The translations under genes were made by a program, and so were the position numbers. Below the pieces are notes generated by a model. The model had not been told where the DNA came from. It worked only from the letters and a program-made list of their open reading frames with translations, and searched no databases. Source: Bryobacteraceae bacterium (GTDB lineage Bacteria > Acidobacteriota > Terriglobia > Bryobacterales > Bryobacteraceae). Taken from it: DNA of 64,000 nucleotides. The stretch lies in NCBI GenBank assembly GCA_963801345.1, contig CAWDER010000010.1:61325-125324 (forward strand), written 5' to 3'. This document shows positions 29,942 through 39,783 of this stretch, one piece after another. Each line of letters starts with the position of its first letter. Positions within the stretch are counted from its first letter, which is position 1.

Positions 29942-29956
29942 CACACGATTCGTGTG
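29942..29956. promoter_or_regulatory. candidate mazEF operator palindrome
   Basis: CACACGA-T-TCGTGTG, located 26-40 bp upstream of the antitoxin start. Confidence 0.3.
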
Positions 29957-30038
29957 GAGGTCAATCCCAGCCGGTCCGTGAGAGCTGCAAGCCAACTGAG
30001 CGGCCCGTGGTGGCCGGAACTGTTACGATGGGATTTCC

Positions 30039-30332
30039 ATGGGCAAGGCCGTCCCCTCAGGTCCGCGCATTGCCCGGCGGTACCTCGTGCGGGGGCGCGT
30101 GCAGGGGGTGGGATACAGGTACTTCGTTGAGCGGGCGGCCCACGAGCTGGGGCTCGCGGGATATGCGAAGAATCTCGACGACGGACGCGTGGAGGTCTAC
30201 GTGACGGGGCCGGCGGGTCCGGTGTCCGAATTCAGCGGTTATCTTTCCAAAGGGCCCCGCTGGGCCGATGTCAGGGGCGTCGATGAGCAGGAGGCCCCGA
30301 TGATAAAATACATAGGTTTTCACATCGAGTAA
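30039..30332 (+). CDS. acyP: acylphosphatase
   Basis: 97 aa. [13 protein letters not shown] signature. Confidence 0.85.
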   Translation: MGKAVPSGPRIARRYLVRGRVQGVGYRYFVERAAHELGLAGYAKNLDDGRVEVYVTGPAGPVSEFSGYLSKGPRWADVRGVDEQEAPMIKYIGFHIE

Positions 30333-30334
30333 GC

Positions 30335-30856
30335 ATGGAACATCTCAAAGAGATCATCCGGGAGGTGCCGGACTTTCCGAAGCCGGGCATCCTCTTCTAC
30401 GACATCACGACTCTGCTCAAGGATGCGGCAGGGTTCAAGAGCGTAATCGACGCCCTTCAGGCGCACTACCGGAACACGCGTGTGGACCTGGTCCTGGGCA
30501 TCGAGGCCCGCGGGTTCATTTTCGCTCCGGCCCTGGCCTACGCGCTGGGCGCGGGCTTCATCCCCGTGCGCAAGCCGAACAAACTGCCGGCGAAGACGGT
30601 CCGGGAGACGTATCAGCTCGAGTACGGGACCGACTCTCTCGAAGTCCATGCGGACGCGATTCAGCCGGGCCAGAACGTCCTCATCGTGGACGACCTGCTG
30701 GCCACCGGCGGCACGGCGGCGGCCGTCGGGCGGCTGGTGGAGAAGTTGGGAGGCAAGGTGGCGGGCTTCGGGTTTGTGGTGGAACTCGATTTTCTCCACG
30801 GTCGCGAGAAGCTGCCGGGCTACGACGTGTTCTCCCTGCTGCAATACGACAAATGA
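30335..30856 (+). CDS. apt: adenine phosphoribosyltransferase
   Basis: 173 aa. The PRPP-binding motif is [14 protein letters not shown]. Confidence 0.95.
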   Translation: MEHLKEIIREVPDFPKPGILFYDITTLLKDAAGFKSVIDALQAHYRNTRVDLVLGIEARGFIFAPALAYALGAGFIPVRKPNKLPAKTVRETYQLEYGTDSLEVHADAIQPGQNVLIVDDLLATGGTAAAVGRLVEKLGGKVAGFGFVVELDFLHGREKLPGYDVFSLLQYDK

Positions 30857-31815
30857 CGTCAGGACCTCGCCGGGCGACCGTGGATGCGCTCGCGAAGATC
30901 AATTTGGGGCTCAAGGTCCTGCATAAGAGGGCCGACGGCTACCACGAGCTGCGCACCGTTTTCCAGACCATTTCGCTCGCCGACAAGCTGGAGGTGGAGT
31001 TCGTTCCGGCTCGCCGCACCAAGCTCGAGCTGGAGTCCGACCTGGACATCCCCGACAACCTGATTCTGCGCGCGGCGCGGCTGGCGATGGAGGCCATGCG
31101 CCGCACGGGTGTGGTCAGGTTCCGGCTCCAGAAGCGGATTCCGATGGGGGCGGGCCTGGGCGGGGGTTCGAGCGACGCCGCGGCGGTGTTGCTGGCGTTG
31201 CCCGCGCTGGCGGGCCGGCGGATCCCCATGGACGTGCTCATCGGGCTGGCAAGCGAGCTGGGCAGCGACGTGCCATTCTTCCTGGTGGGAGGGGCCGCGC
31301 TGGGCATCGGGAGGGGCAGCGAGGTCTACCCATTGCCGGACCCGCCGCGTTCGCGAGGCCTGCTGGTGGCGCCCGCCATCCACGTTTCGACTCCCGAGGC
31401 CTACCGTGGGCTGGGCCGGAGGTTGACATTCGACGCGCCAGGAAATATGATAAGTAGTTTCCAGTCTAGAGTTTGGCGCAATACTGCCGGAGTGTCCGGG
31501 GGGACCGATTGCGGGTCTGGGGAGAACGATTTCGAAGAGGTCGTTTTCCGCCGGCATCCCCGGCTGGAGTCGATTAAGAAGGCCCTGTTGAGGCTGGGGG
31601 CGGACCCGGCGCTGCTGACCGGCAGTGGCGCGGCGTTGTTCGGGATCTTCCGCACCCGGGATGAGTTGAAGGAAGCCCTCCCACATTTTCATGAGGAGAG
31701 AGTCTTTCCGTTTAGTTTCGTGAGCCGGGCGAGCTATCGCGCCCGCTGGTGGCGCCGTCTGGAGGCTCACGTGGATGAGGAGATATGGCCGCCGCAAAGT
31801 CGCGACGCCAGGTAG
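30853..31815 (+). CDS. ispE: 4-diphosphocytidyl-2-C-methyl-D-erythritol kinase
   Basis: [10 protein letters not shown] and [15 protein letters not shown] (GHMP kinase motif). ATGA overlap with apt. Confidence 0.9.
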   Translation: MTSGPRRATVDALAKINLGLKVLHKRADGYHELRTVFQTISLADKLEVEFVPARRTKLELESDLDIPDNLILRAARLAMEAMRRTGVVRFRLQKRIPMGAGLGGGSSDAAAVLLALPALAGRRIPMDVLIGLASELGSDVPFFLVGGAALGIGRGSEVYPLPDPPRSRGLLVAPAIHVSTPEAYRGLGRRLTFDAPGNMISSFQSRVWRNTAGVSGGTDCGSGENDFEEVVFRRHPRLESIKKALLRLGADPALLTGSGAALFGIFRTRDELKEALPHFHEERVFPFSFVSRASYRARWWRRLEAHVDEEIWPPQSRDAR

Positions 31816-32756
31816 GGTTCAAGCGCTTTAAGATTTTCACGGGGACGGCCAACCGCCCCCTGGCCGAGGAGATCTGCGCCTGCCTGGGCTGTGAGCTGGG
31901 GGTCGCGGATGTGAAGACCTTCTCCGACAGCGAGATCTACGTGCAGGTCAAGGAGAACGTCCGGGGCGCGGATGTGTTCGTGGTTCAGCCCACCTCCACG
32001 CCGGTCGAGCGGCATCTCTTCGAACTGCTGCTGATGATCGATGCGCTCAAGCGCGCCTCGGCCGACCGTATCACCGCCGTTCTGCCCTACTACGGCTACG
32101 CGCGGCAGGATCGCAAGGACAAGCCGAGGGTGCCGATTTCGGCCAAGCTCATCGCCAGCCTGCTGGAGCGGGCGGGGGCGAACCGGATTCTGGCGCTCGA
32201 CCTGCATGCGGCGCAGATCCAGGGGTTCTTCGATGTCCCGGTGGACCACCTTTTCGCAACGCCGGTGATGATCGAGTACTTCAAGGAGCAGGAGCTCGGG
32301 AACCTGACGGTTGTGTCGCCGGACGCCGGCGGCGTGGAACGCGCCAGGGCCTTTGCCAAGCGGTTGAACGCTCCCCTGGCCATCATCGACAAGCGGCGCG
32401 AAGCCATGAACGTGGCCGAGGTCATGAACATCATCGGGCGCGTGAAGAACCGGAATTGCCTCATCGTGGACGATCTGATCGATACGGCTGGTACCCTGGT
32501 GAAAGGGGCCAAGGCGTTGCTCAATCAGGGGGCCGTCAGCGTGAGGGCCTGCGCCACGCACGCGGTTTTGTCGGGGTCCGCCGTCAAGTGCATCGCCGAG
32601 TCGGGGCTGAAGGAAGTGGTTTTCACGAATTCGATCCCTCTACGGGAGGAGGCCCGGCGGTCCAAGCATATTCGCAGCCTCTCGGTCGCGCCCCTGCTGG
32701 CGCGCGCGATCCAGTCGATCCACGAGGAGACCTCGGTCAGTACTTTATTCGTTTGA
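31785..32756 (+). CDS. prs: ribose-phosphate pyrophosphokinase
   Basis: FKIFTGTANRPLA, YYGYARQDRK and VDDLIDTAGT motifs. Confidence 0.95.
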   Translation: MAAAKSRRQVGFKRFKIFTGTANRPLAEEICACLGCELGVADVKTFSDSEIYVQVKENVRGADVFVVQPTSTPVERHLFELLLMIDALKRASADRITAVLPYYGYARQDRKDKPRVPISAKLIASLLERAGANRILALDLHAAQIQGFFDVPVDHLFATPVMIEYFKEQELGNLTVVSPDAGGVERARAFAKRLNAPLAIIDKRREAMNVAEVMNIIGRVKNRNCLIVDDLIDTAGTLVKGAKALLNQGAVSVRACATHAVLSGSAVKCIAESGLKEVVFTNSIPLREEARRSKHIRSLSVAPLLARAIQSIHEETSVSTLFV

Positions 32757-32819
32757 GAAAGGAGCCGGGCAACGCAGCCCACGTCCATCGGACCTGCGCC
32801 CCGGTACTAGGAGATAGGA

Positions 32820-33566
32820 ATGAGGAAGGCGATCACGGTTGCCGCCGAAATGCGGACAACCAGGGGAAAGAACGAAGCGCGCAGGCTGCGCGCGAAGGGC
32901 ATGGCCCCGGCGGTTATCTACGGGTCCGGCGCGGAGGCGGTCGTGGTGGCCGTCGATCCCAAGCAGGTTTTAAAGATCCTGCGCAGCGACTCCGGGCACA
33001 ACACGATCTTCGATCTGGCGATCACCGGGGGCGAAACCACGCCGGTCATGATCGTGGACTGGCAACTGGACCCGGTCAAGGAGTTTGTGTTGCATGTGGA
33101 TTTGAAGCGCATCGATCTCACCAAGCGCCTGCGGGTCTCGGTTCCGGTCCATACGGACGGAGAGCCGGTGGGCGTCAAGCAGGAGGGCGGGTTGTTGACG
33201 GTGGTGACGCGCGCGATCGAAATCGAGTGTCTGCCCGACGAGATTCCGGGGTTCTTCACAGTCGATGTGACCGGGTTGGGGATGGGACAGGCGTTGCGCG
33301 CTTCCGACGTTCCGCTGAGCGGCTTCATGCGACTGCTCTCGCCGCCGGAGGCGGTGATTGCGCACGTGGTTGCTCTGAGGGCCGAAGAGGTTGTAGCCGC
33401 GGAGGTGGTCGTGGAAGGCGCAGTGGCGCCGGCGGCGGAACCCGAAGTCGTGAAGAAGGGCAAGAAGGAAGAAGAGGGCGCGGCGACCGAGGAGAAGGGC
33501 AAGGAGAAGGAGAAGGGCAAGGAGAAGGAGAAGGGCAAGGAAAAGGAAAAGGGCAAGAAGAAGTAA
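32820..33566 (+). CDS. rplY: 50S ribosomal protein L25/general stress protein Ctc with Lys/Glu-rich tail
   Basis: The N-terminal L25/Ctc domains are clear. The C-terminus is (EKGKEK)n. Confidence 0.9.
   Translation: MRKAITVAAEMRTTRGKNEARRLRAKGMAPAVIYGSGAEAVVVAVDPKQVLKILRSDSGHNTIFDLAITGGETTPVMIVDWQLDPVKEFVLHVDLKRIDLTKRLRVSVPVHTDGEPVGVKQEGGLLTVVTRAIEIECLPDEIPGFFTVDVTGLGMGQALRASDVPLSGFMRLLSPPEAVIAHVVALRAEEVVAAEVVVEGAVAPAAEPEVVKKGKKEEEGAATEEKGKEKEKGKEKEKGKEKEKGKKK
33492..33563 (+). repeat. in-frame 18-bp tandem repeat (about 4 units) in the rplY tail
   Basis: The GAGAAGGGCAAGGAGAAG unit repeats with minor variants and encodes EKGKEK. Confidence 0.7.
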
Positions 33567-33599
33567 CTCGCTCGGCGGGAGCAGGTTGGGTTCTGCGGA

Positions 33600-34277
33600 T
33601 TGTTGGAAGTGGAAGAAAACGCGGCAAAGCCGGAATCTCCTCTCACCTCCCGCGCTCCACATGCCGCGGCTGGCGGCCCGCCGCCGGCCATCCGTCTGGT
33701 GGTGGGGCTGGGCAATCCGGGGCAGGACTACGAGTCTACGCCGCATAATCTGGGCTTTCTGACGGTGGACCGAGTGGCGGAGCAAGCGGGCATCCGGATT
33801 CGCCGGAAGGAGTGCCTGGCGCTGGTGGGCCAGGGGGTTGTGGAAGGCCGCGCGGTGGTGCTGGCGAAGCCGCAGACGTACATGAATTTGAGCGGGCAGT
33901 CGGTTCGATTGCTGCTGGAAAAGCACGGGCTGACGCCGCGGGAAATGGTTTTGGTTTTCGACGACCTGGACTTGCCCTGGATGTCGATGCGCATTCGGGC
34001 GAAGGGGTCTCCCGGCGGCCACCACGGAGTGGAGTCGGTGGGGCGCGAGGTCGGTACGACGGATTTTGCCCGGGTCCGGCTGGGGATCGCCGGTTACCGG
34101 GTGGAAGATGGAGCGCGCTTTGTGCTCGCGCCGTTCCGGCGAGCGCAGAAGAAGCAGTTGGATGAGCTGTTGGACCAGGCGGCCCAGGCAGTGACATCCG
34201 TAATTTCCGAGGGCGTCGAAAAGTCCATGACGAAATATAATCGTCGCGCCCGCGGTGAAAAGACTGAGGAAGAATGA
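33600..34277 (+). CDS. pth: peptidyl-tRNA hydrolase
   Basis: [21 protein letters not shown] signature. The start is ambiguous (TTG 33600 or GTG 33609) and gives an N-terminal extension of about 30 aa. Confidence 0.9.
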   Translation: MLEVEENAAKPESPLTSRAPHAAAGGPPPAIRLVVGLGNPGQDYESTPHNLGFLTVDRVAEQAGIRIRRKECLALVGQGVVEGRAVVLAKPQTYMNLSGQSVRLLLEKHGLTPREMVLVFDDLDLPWMSMRIRAKGSPGGHHGVESVGREVGTTDFARVRLGIAGYRVEDGARFVLAPFRRAQKKQLDELLDQAAQAVTSVISEGVEKSMTKYNRRARGEKTEEE

Positions 34278-34714
34278 GAATCTACGAAGAGTTGTTTATT
34301 TTGAAGCCGGATGCGGCCGAAGAGGAAATCGAGCAGGTCATCGAGCAAGTCCGGCAGGTGATCACATCGCGAGAAGGGGTTGTCGACAAGGTGGACAAGT
34401 GGGGCATCCGCAAGCTGGCTTACCGGGTGCAGAAGCTGAACGAGGGCTTCTTTGTCCTGATTCAATTCACGGCGACGCCCGAGACGGTAAAGGAGATCGA
34501 GCGGCGCCTGCGCGTCTCCGACCTCGTCCTGAAATTTCTGACGGTGCGCATCGACGAGAAGCTGAAGCGCATCGAGAAGCGCAAGAAGAAGCGGGAAAAG
34601 AGGGCCTCGCGCAGGCCGGTGCAGGCGGCGCCCGCGCCGCAGGCGCCCCTCGGGGAGCCGGTTGCGCCCATCGCGCTTCCCGGATTGCCTGAAACAGAAA
34701 CGGAGCAAGTTTAA
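34274..34714 (+). CDS. rpsF: 30S ribosomal protein S6
   Basis: [13 protein letters not shown]...[10 protein letters not shown]. Confidence 0.95.
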   Translation: MRIYEELFILKPDAAEEEIEQVIEQVRQVITSREGVVDKVDKWGIRKLAYRVQKLNEGFFVLIQFTATPETVKEIERRLRVSDLVLKFLTVRIDEKLKRIEKRKKKREKRASRRPVQAAPAPQAPLGEPVAPIALPGLPETETEQV

Positions 34715-34716
34715 TC

Positions 34717-35016
34717 ATGGCGGAACAAAGAGGAAGACCACTGAGTGCGTCGCAGCGGCCGACCGGCGGCGACAAGGCGATGGCGGGAGGCAGAAAGCAG
34801 TATTTCCGCCGGAAGAAGGTCTGCCGTTTCTGCGTCGAGAAGATCGACGACATCAACTACAAGGACATCCGGCTGCTGAATGCCTTCATTTCGGAGCGCG
34901 GGAAGATCACGCCACGCCGGATCACGGGCGTGTGCGCTCCTCACCAGAGGCGCCTGAGCGAAGCGATCAAGCAGGCCCGCAATATCGCGCTGCTGCCGTT
35001 CGCGGCGGCAATGTAA
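34717..35016 (+). CDS. rpsR: 30S ribosomal protein S18
   Basis: [36 protein letters not shown]. Confidence 0.95.
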   Translation: MAEQRGRPLSASQRPTGGDKAMAGGRKQYFRRKKVCRFCVEKIDDINYKDIRLLNAFISERGKITPRRITGVCAPHQRRLSEAIKQARNIALLPFAAAM

Positions 35017-35026
35017 GGAGCCAGCC

Positions 35027-35476
35027 ATGGATTTAATCCTCAGAGAAGATGTCGACAAACTGGGCAACCGCGGAGACCTCGTCAAGGTGGCCGACGGCTA
35101 CGCCCGCAACTATCTCCTTCCCAAGCGGCTGGCCGTTCTGGCCACGGAATCCAACAAGAAGATCGTCGAGCAGGAGCGCCAGGGGCACCTGCGCCGCGAG
35201 GTCAAGCTGGTGGGCGAGGCGCAGGACCTGGCCACGCTGATGAGCGGGGTCACGGTGACCATCGCCCAGAAGGCCGGCGAGATGGACCAGCTCTTCGGGT
35301 CGGTGACCTCCAAGGATATCGCCGAGGCATTGGAGAAGCAGGACTATCACATCGACCGGCGCAAGATTCAGCTCGCCGAGCCGATCCGGCAACTGGGCGA
35401 GTACAAGGTTCCCGTGCGGCTGCATCGCGATGTCACCGCCGAGGTCCTGGTAAACGTCGTTAAAGAAGAGGAATAG
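35027..35476 (+). CDS. rplI: 50S ribosomal protein L9
   Basis: MDLILREDVDKLGNRGDLVKVADGYARNYLLP. Confidence 0.95.
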   Translation: MDLILREDVDKLGNRGDLVKVADGYARNYLLPKRLAVLATESNKKIVEQERQGHLRREVKLVGEAQDLATLMSGVTVTIAQKAGEMDQLFGSVTSKDIAEALEKQDYHIDRRKIQLAEPIRQLGEYKVPVRLHRDVTAEVLVNVVKEEE

Positions 35477-35500
35477 CGGCCCAGGCGCCGCCGAACCCCC

Positions 35501-36987
35501 GTGCTGCTTCATCCGGATCAGTACGCCACCCTAGCCCCGTCCGTGATGTTGCGGGCGGCCATGGACGGCCGCATCGGCATCGACCAGCGCTTCCTCCGGG
35601 CGGTCCTCGACCGCTTCGAGGAGTTCCTGCCGGAGCTGGTGCGGACCGGTCTCGAAGAGCGCGAGGCCCCCGTCCCGTTGGAGGACGACCTCGTCGCGCT
35701 GTTTCGTTTCCGGCCGCGCGTCGAGGCCCTACCTTTTCTTATCGAAGTCATCCGCCGCTATCCGTACGACATCCAGGAGGATCTTCTGGATGCGTTCTGC
35801 CGGCTGGGGACTGAGGCTCTCAGCCCGCTGCTCGCGCTCTATGAGGAACTCGGACCCGAGGAAGGGACCGAGCTCGCGTTTTTGCTGGCCGCCATGCAGG
35901 TCCGGGACCCGCGCGTCTTACACCTGCTACTGGAGCGGCTTCGCGAAGATCCCGACGGGGGCGCCTTCCTGCTCGGCGTCTACGGCGATCCCGCGGCGCT
36001 CCCGGAACTTCAGAAGGCGCTGGACGCCGAGGACGGACTGCCCACGGCGGCAGCGGGTGAACTACGCTACGCCATCCGGCGGCTGAACGAACCGGAGCCC
36101 GCCGCGGCACTCGACCCCTACGACCTCTGGAGCGACTATCCGGAAGTGGAAGGTCCTCGCTTCGATCTGCTGACCGCCGTCGAGCGGCTTCAATATCTGG
36201 AATGCCCTTGGGCGGAGTACCGGCGGGATGCCATCGCCAGCTTCGATCACGACGAACTGGAGGACCAGGCGGTTCGCCAGCGCATTTTCGATCTGGCTTT
36301 GAAGGACCCCGAACCCTCGGTGCGCGGCAAGGCCTGGGAAGCGCTCCGCGGATTCACCGAGAAGAACGGGATCGGCGCCGCCATGCTGGAGCGCCTGCAG
36401 GATGCCGAGGCGCCCATCGCCGAGCGCTGTGGAGCGCTGCTGGGGCTGGCGTTCACGGACGATCCCGCGGTGCAGTCGTCACATTCTGGAGTTCTACGAA
36501 AGGCCGGAGGCCCGCGCCGCGGCGCTCGAAGCCATGTGGCGGACCGCGGACCCGGCGTTTGCGCCGTTCTTCTCCCGGCACCTCGATGATCCCGATGTCG
36601 AGCTCCAACGCCAGGCGATCATCGGAGTTGGGTTCCTGCGCCTGCACGCCGAGGCGGGGAGACTCGAGAAGTTCTTCTTCCATGAGGATCTTCGGACGGA
36701 GGCTCTGTTCGCGTACGCCGTCGGCGGTTCCCGGCAAGGTGACGGCGCTGCATGCGCGCCAGGTGTTCGCGAAGATCCAGGATCTGGCGGACGGGCTCTC
36801 CCCGGAGGAAGATGATCTGGTCAAGTCGGCGCTCGATCGCCTTCTGGAACTGCACGGCAGGAAGAAGATCTTCGCCGGGGCGGACGCGTTGGACGACACG
36901 GAGCCCGCGCCTCAAGCGAAGGCCGGCCGCAACGATCCCTGCCCCTGCGGCAGCGGCAAGAAGTTCAAGAAGTGCTGCGGCGGGTGA
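35501..36987 (+). CDS. HEAT-repeat protein with C-terminal SEC-C motif; two apparent +1 frame disruptions
   Basis: The sequence continues across three frames, switching at about 36476 (DDPAVQ|RHILEFYERPEA) and about 36745 (AYAV|VPGKVTALHARQV). It ends NDPCPCGSGKKFKKCCGG. Confidence 0.6.
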
Positions 36988-36991
36988 TTTT

Positions 36992-37053
36992 TCACCACCA
37001 AGGCACAAAGACACTAAGAAGACGAACTTTAGCCTGTGGGCCTTTGTGGTGGT
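36992..37053. repeat. octamer-periodic hairpin element left of hicBA
   Basis: TCACCAC-CAAGGCAC-AAAGACAC-TAAGAAGA, with a partner arm GTGGGCCTTTGTGGTGGT. Starts 5 nt after the SEC-C gene stop. Confidence 0.6.
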
Positions 37054-37115
37054 CCCCATTCTCCGTCACCGCTGGCGCGCCGTTTTGAGCCATACTGGAG
37101 ACGGACGCGTCCACC

Positions 37116-37358
37116 ATGACCTACAACTTCAAGGTGATCGTTGAGCCCGACGGAAACCGCTGGCATGCCTACTGCCCCGCCTTAGTTTCGGCTGGTGCCG
37201 CCACCTGGGGCTACACCCGCGCGGAGGCGCTGCGAAACATCCAGGACGTCGCGCGCATGGTCGTCGACAGCCTGGTGGAACACGGCGAAGCTCTGCCTTC
37301 GGAGCCTTCCGATCAAGTCCAGATCCTGGCCGAGCCGCAGGTCGCGGTCATAGTCTGA
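37116..37358 (+). CDS. hicB: type II antitoxin, HicB family
   Basis: 80 aa. UPF0150/HicB-like N-terminus (FKVIVEPDGNRWHAYCPAL...GYTRAEALRNIQD). Confidence 0.8.
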   Translation: MTYNFKVIVEPDGNRWHAYCPALVSAGAATWGYTRAEALRNIQDVARMVVDSLVEHGEALPSEPSDQVQILAEPQVAVIV

Positions 37359-37361
37359 TCG

Positions 37362-37610
37362 ATGGCCCTTGACTACTCTCGCCTTCGCAGCGTCACCGCG
37401 CGCGAGATCATCTCGGCGCTCATCCGGGATGGTTTTTCTCTCGACCGTCAGTCCGGAGCGCACCGCTTGTATCGCCACCCCGATGGGCGCCGCGTCACCG
37501 TGTCCTTTCATCGCGCCGGAGAAACCTTCGAGATCAAGACCTTGCGGTCCATCCTGGAATTGCAGGCCCTTTGGGGCGAGAACGACTTGTCCCGGCTCCG
37601 CCTAATTTAG
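37362..37610 (+). CDS. hicA: type II toxin, HicA-family mRNA interferase
   Basis: 82 aa. REIISALIRDGFSLDRQSGAHRLYRHPDGRRVTV signature. Confidence 0.8.
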   Translation: MALDYSRLRSVTAREIISALIRDGFSLDRQSGAHRLYRHPDGRRVTVSFHRAGETFEIKTLRSILELQALWGENDLSRLRLI

Positions 37611-37623
37611 TCCTTTCTTCTCC

Positions 37624-37654
37624 GTGCCTTTGTGTCTTCGTGTCTTTGTGGTGA
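37624..37654. repeat. octamer-periodic half element right of hicBA, inverted relative to 36992
   Basis: Reverse complement is TCACCAC-AAAGACAC-GAAGACAC-AAAGGCAC. Confidence 0.6.
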
Positions 37655-37688
37655 TCTCCGCCCCCACCCGCCGGCGTGGCACAATCGG

Positions 37689-38651
37689 ATGGAGCGTACC
37701 ACCATGTTGCCAGGCCGGACCGAATTCACAGCCTCCTACGACCGCACCACCAAGATCATTTCGGCCGGCGTTTTCGCAGTCCTGCTATTCGCCGGAATCC
37801 TGACTCAGAACATTCTCGTCGGGTGCCTGTTGGGCCTGGTCGTGGTTCTGTCCTTTGCGTACTCCCCGCTAGGCTATGCGGTGTCGGAGCGGTCGATCGT
37901 CGTCAAGCGGCTGATTGGCGGGGCCCGGATCCCTTTGGAACGTGTGCGCGAGGCAAGACGGACGACATCGGATGACCTGCGGGGCTGCATCCGGCTGTGG
38001 GGCAGCGGTGGAATGTTCGGGTACTACGGTCTGTTCCGAACGTCGGAGTTCGGGAAGTGCTGGTGGTACGTGACCAATCGCCAGAACACGGTCGTTGTGA
38101 TTACCGATGAGAAGACCGCCCTGTTCAGCCCCGACGACGTAGACGGTTTCTTGGCGGCGATCCGGGCCCCAGTGCAAGTGCCGGAGCTGCCGGCGGGACA
38201 ACTGGAGCCCCGCGCTGCCGGGAATTCGGCCGGCATGTGGATCGGAGTCGCCATTGGAGCCGTGTCGCTTGCGGCCGTCGCGTTGGCCTTCTTGTACTCG
38301 CCCGGTCCCCCGAGTCTCACGTTGACTGCCGATGCACTGACGATTCACGACAGGTTCTATCCGGTGACGCTAAGAGCAGCCGATGTGGATGTCGCCCGCA
38401 TGAGGCTGGTGGACATCGCGGTGGACCGGGAGTGGCGGCCGACGATGCGCACCAACGGCTTCGCCAATTCGCACTACCGCTCCGGTTGGTTCCGGGTTGC
38501 CAACGGTCAAAAGGTTCGCATGTACCGGGCCGACGGCACGCGACTGCTGCTGCTTCCACCGAAGGGGGACGGTGCCGCGGTCCTAATGGAAGTGAAGGAT
38601 CCCGAGAAGTTCTTGGACGAACTACGGCGCCAGTGGGGCAACCGCTCGTAA
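37689..38651 (+). CDS. membrane protein with two bacterial PH-like (bPH_2/YdbT-like) domains
   Basis: Two TM helices are followed by RSIVVKRLIGGARIPLERV-type PH modules, and the arrangement is duplicated. The start is 37689 or the upstream 37632. Confidence 0.55.
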   Translation: MERTTMLPGRTEFTASYDRTTKIISAGVFAVLLFAGILTQNILVGCLLGLVVVLSFAYSPLGYAVSERSIVVKRLIGGARIPLERVREARRTTSDDLRGCIRLWGSGGMFGYYGLFRTSEFGKCWWYVTNRQNTVVVITDEKTALFSPDDVDGFLAAIRAPVQVPELPAGQLEPRAAGNSAGMWIGVAIGAVSLAAVALAFLYSPGPPSLTLTADALTIHDRFYPVTLRAADVDVARMRLVDIAVDREWRPTMRTNGFANSHYRSGWFRVANGQKVRMYRADGTRLLLLPPKGDGAAVLMEVKDPEKFLDELRRQWGNRS

Positions 38652-38664
38652 ACAGCGGGCATGC

Positions 38665-39775
38665 CTACCGCACCAGGCGGCGGACGTTCAGGAAGGTGAT
38701 GCGTTTCTGGGATTCGGTCCGGGCTAGCGGCGAGTAGTAGTACCAGAAGGTCGCCTCCACTTGTGCCTGAACGCCGGCTTTGAGCGGGAAGGTAAATGTC
38801 TCGACACGCTTCTCGTCGGGCGCCAGACGGTTGTCGGCGACGTTCTTGGCGCCCCGCAGGAACGCATACGGTTCGAAGGTGACGGGCTTGTCCTGCTGGT
38901 CCACCACCGTGCGCCGGTAGGCTCTCTCCTGGCGCATTTCAGCGCTGCCGAAGGGCGCCGCCGTCACTTCGAGAATCAAGCTGCCGCATCGGCGAGCCTG
39001 TCGGAACGTAGTGTCCGGCGGCGACGTTCTCCACCTGGACCGTCACCTTGAGCCGATCGCCTTCCCGGGACGTTGACATCTGGGCCTTGATGGTCTTGTT
39101 CAACTGCTCGATGGAATGACTGCCGGGCATGGCGTGAAGATTCACCTTGGCCTCGGGCGTCTTCTTGACCTTGGGGTCCACCACATCACCCGCTACCTGG
39201 TACATGTGACAGGACTGGCAATCCTTGCCCTCCTTGGCATAGCGGCTCTTCTGCCACTCGGAGTAAGTCGTCAGGACTGCGAAGCCGAGCGAATTGCGGT
39301 ATTCATGGCAGGGCGCGCAAATGAGCGAAGAGGTGTGGACGGCCGAGAACTGCGTGCCGTGCGACGGCGCCACAACGTTCTTCAGGGGACCGGTCTTTAC
39401 GAGCGACAACTCGACGGTCGCCTTCCAGTTGCCGTTGACCGACGAAATGGCGCGCACGGAGTGGCAGTAATCGCAAGTGACGCCCTCCCAGCTCACCTTC
39501 TGCCGCAGTCTGGCGTCTTGGATCAACGCCGCCAGCGGCGCATGGCAGTCGAGGCAAACTCTGTCCGATCCCGCTCCGAGGGAGGCCGCGGTCATCTCCA
39601 GGCCCTCCTGGAAGATCGGGCTCTCCATGGCCTTCGCATGGGCCGAGGTCTTCCAGGCCTCGAGGATGGCCCGGTGACAACGGCCACAAAACTCAGCGCT
39701 GCTGGCGGGCTCCAGTTTCTGCCCCCACAGCGTGCCGGCAAAGATGATGGCGAGGACCGCCGATGCGAACCGCAT
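38665..39775 (-). CDS. pentahaem c-type cytochrome, periplasmic; apparent +1 frame disruption near 38979
   Basis: Signal peptide MRFASAVLAIIFAG. Five CXXCH motifs (CGRCH, CLDCH, CDYCH, CAPCH, CQSCH). The C-terminal 104 aa continue in ORF 38665-38979 (MRQ|LILEVTAAPF). Confidence 0.75.
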
Positions 39776-39783
39776 ACGCCCCC

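Noticed and set aside
33492-37654. Short tandem repeats (the rplY 18-mers and the octamer arrays around hicBA) as possible CRISPR arrays.
   Set aside because: The units are only 8-18 bp, directly abutting with no unique spacers, and no cas genes are present. One array is in-frame coding sequence.
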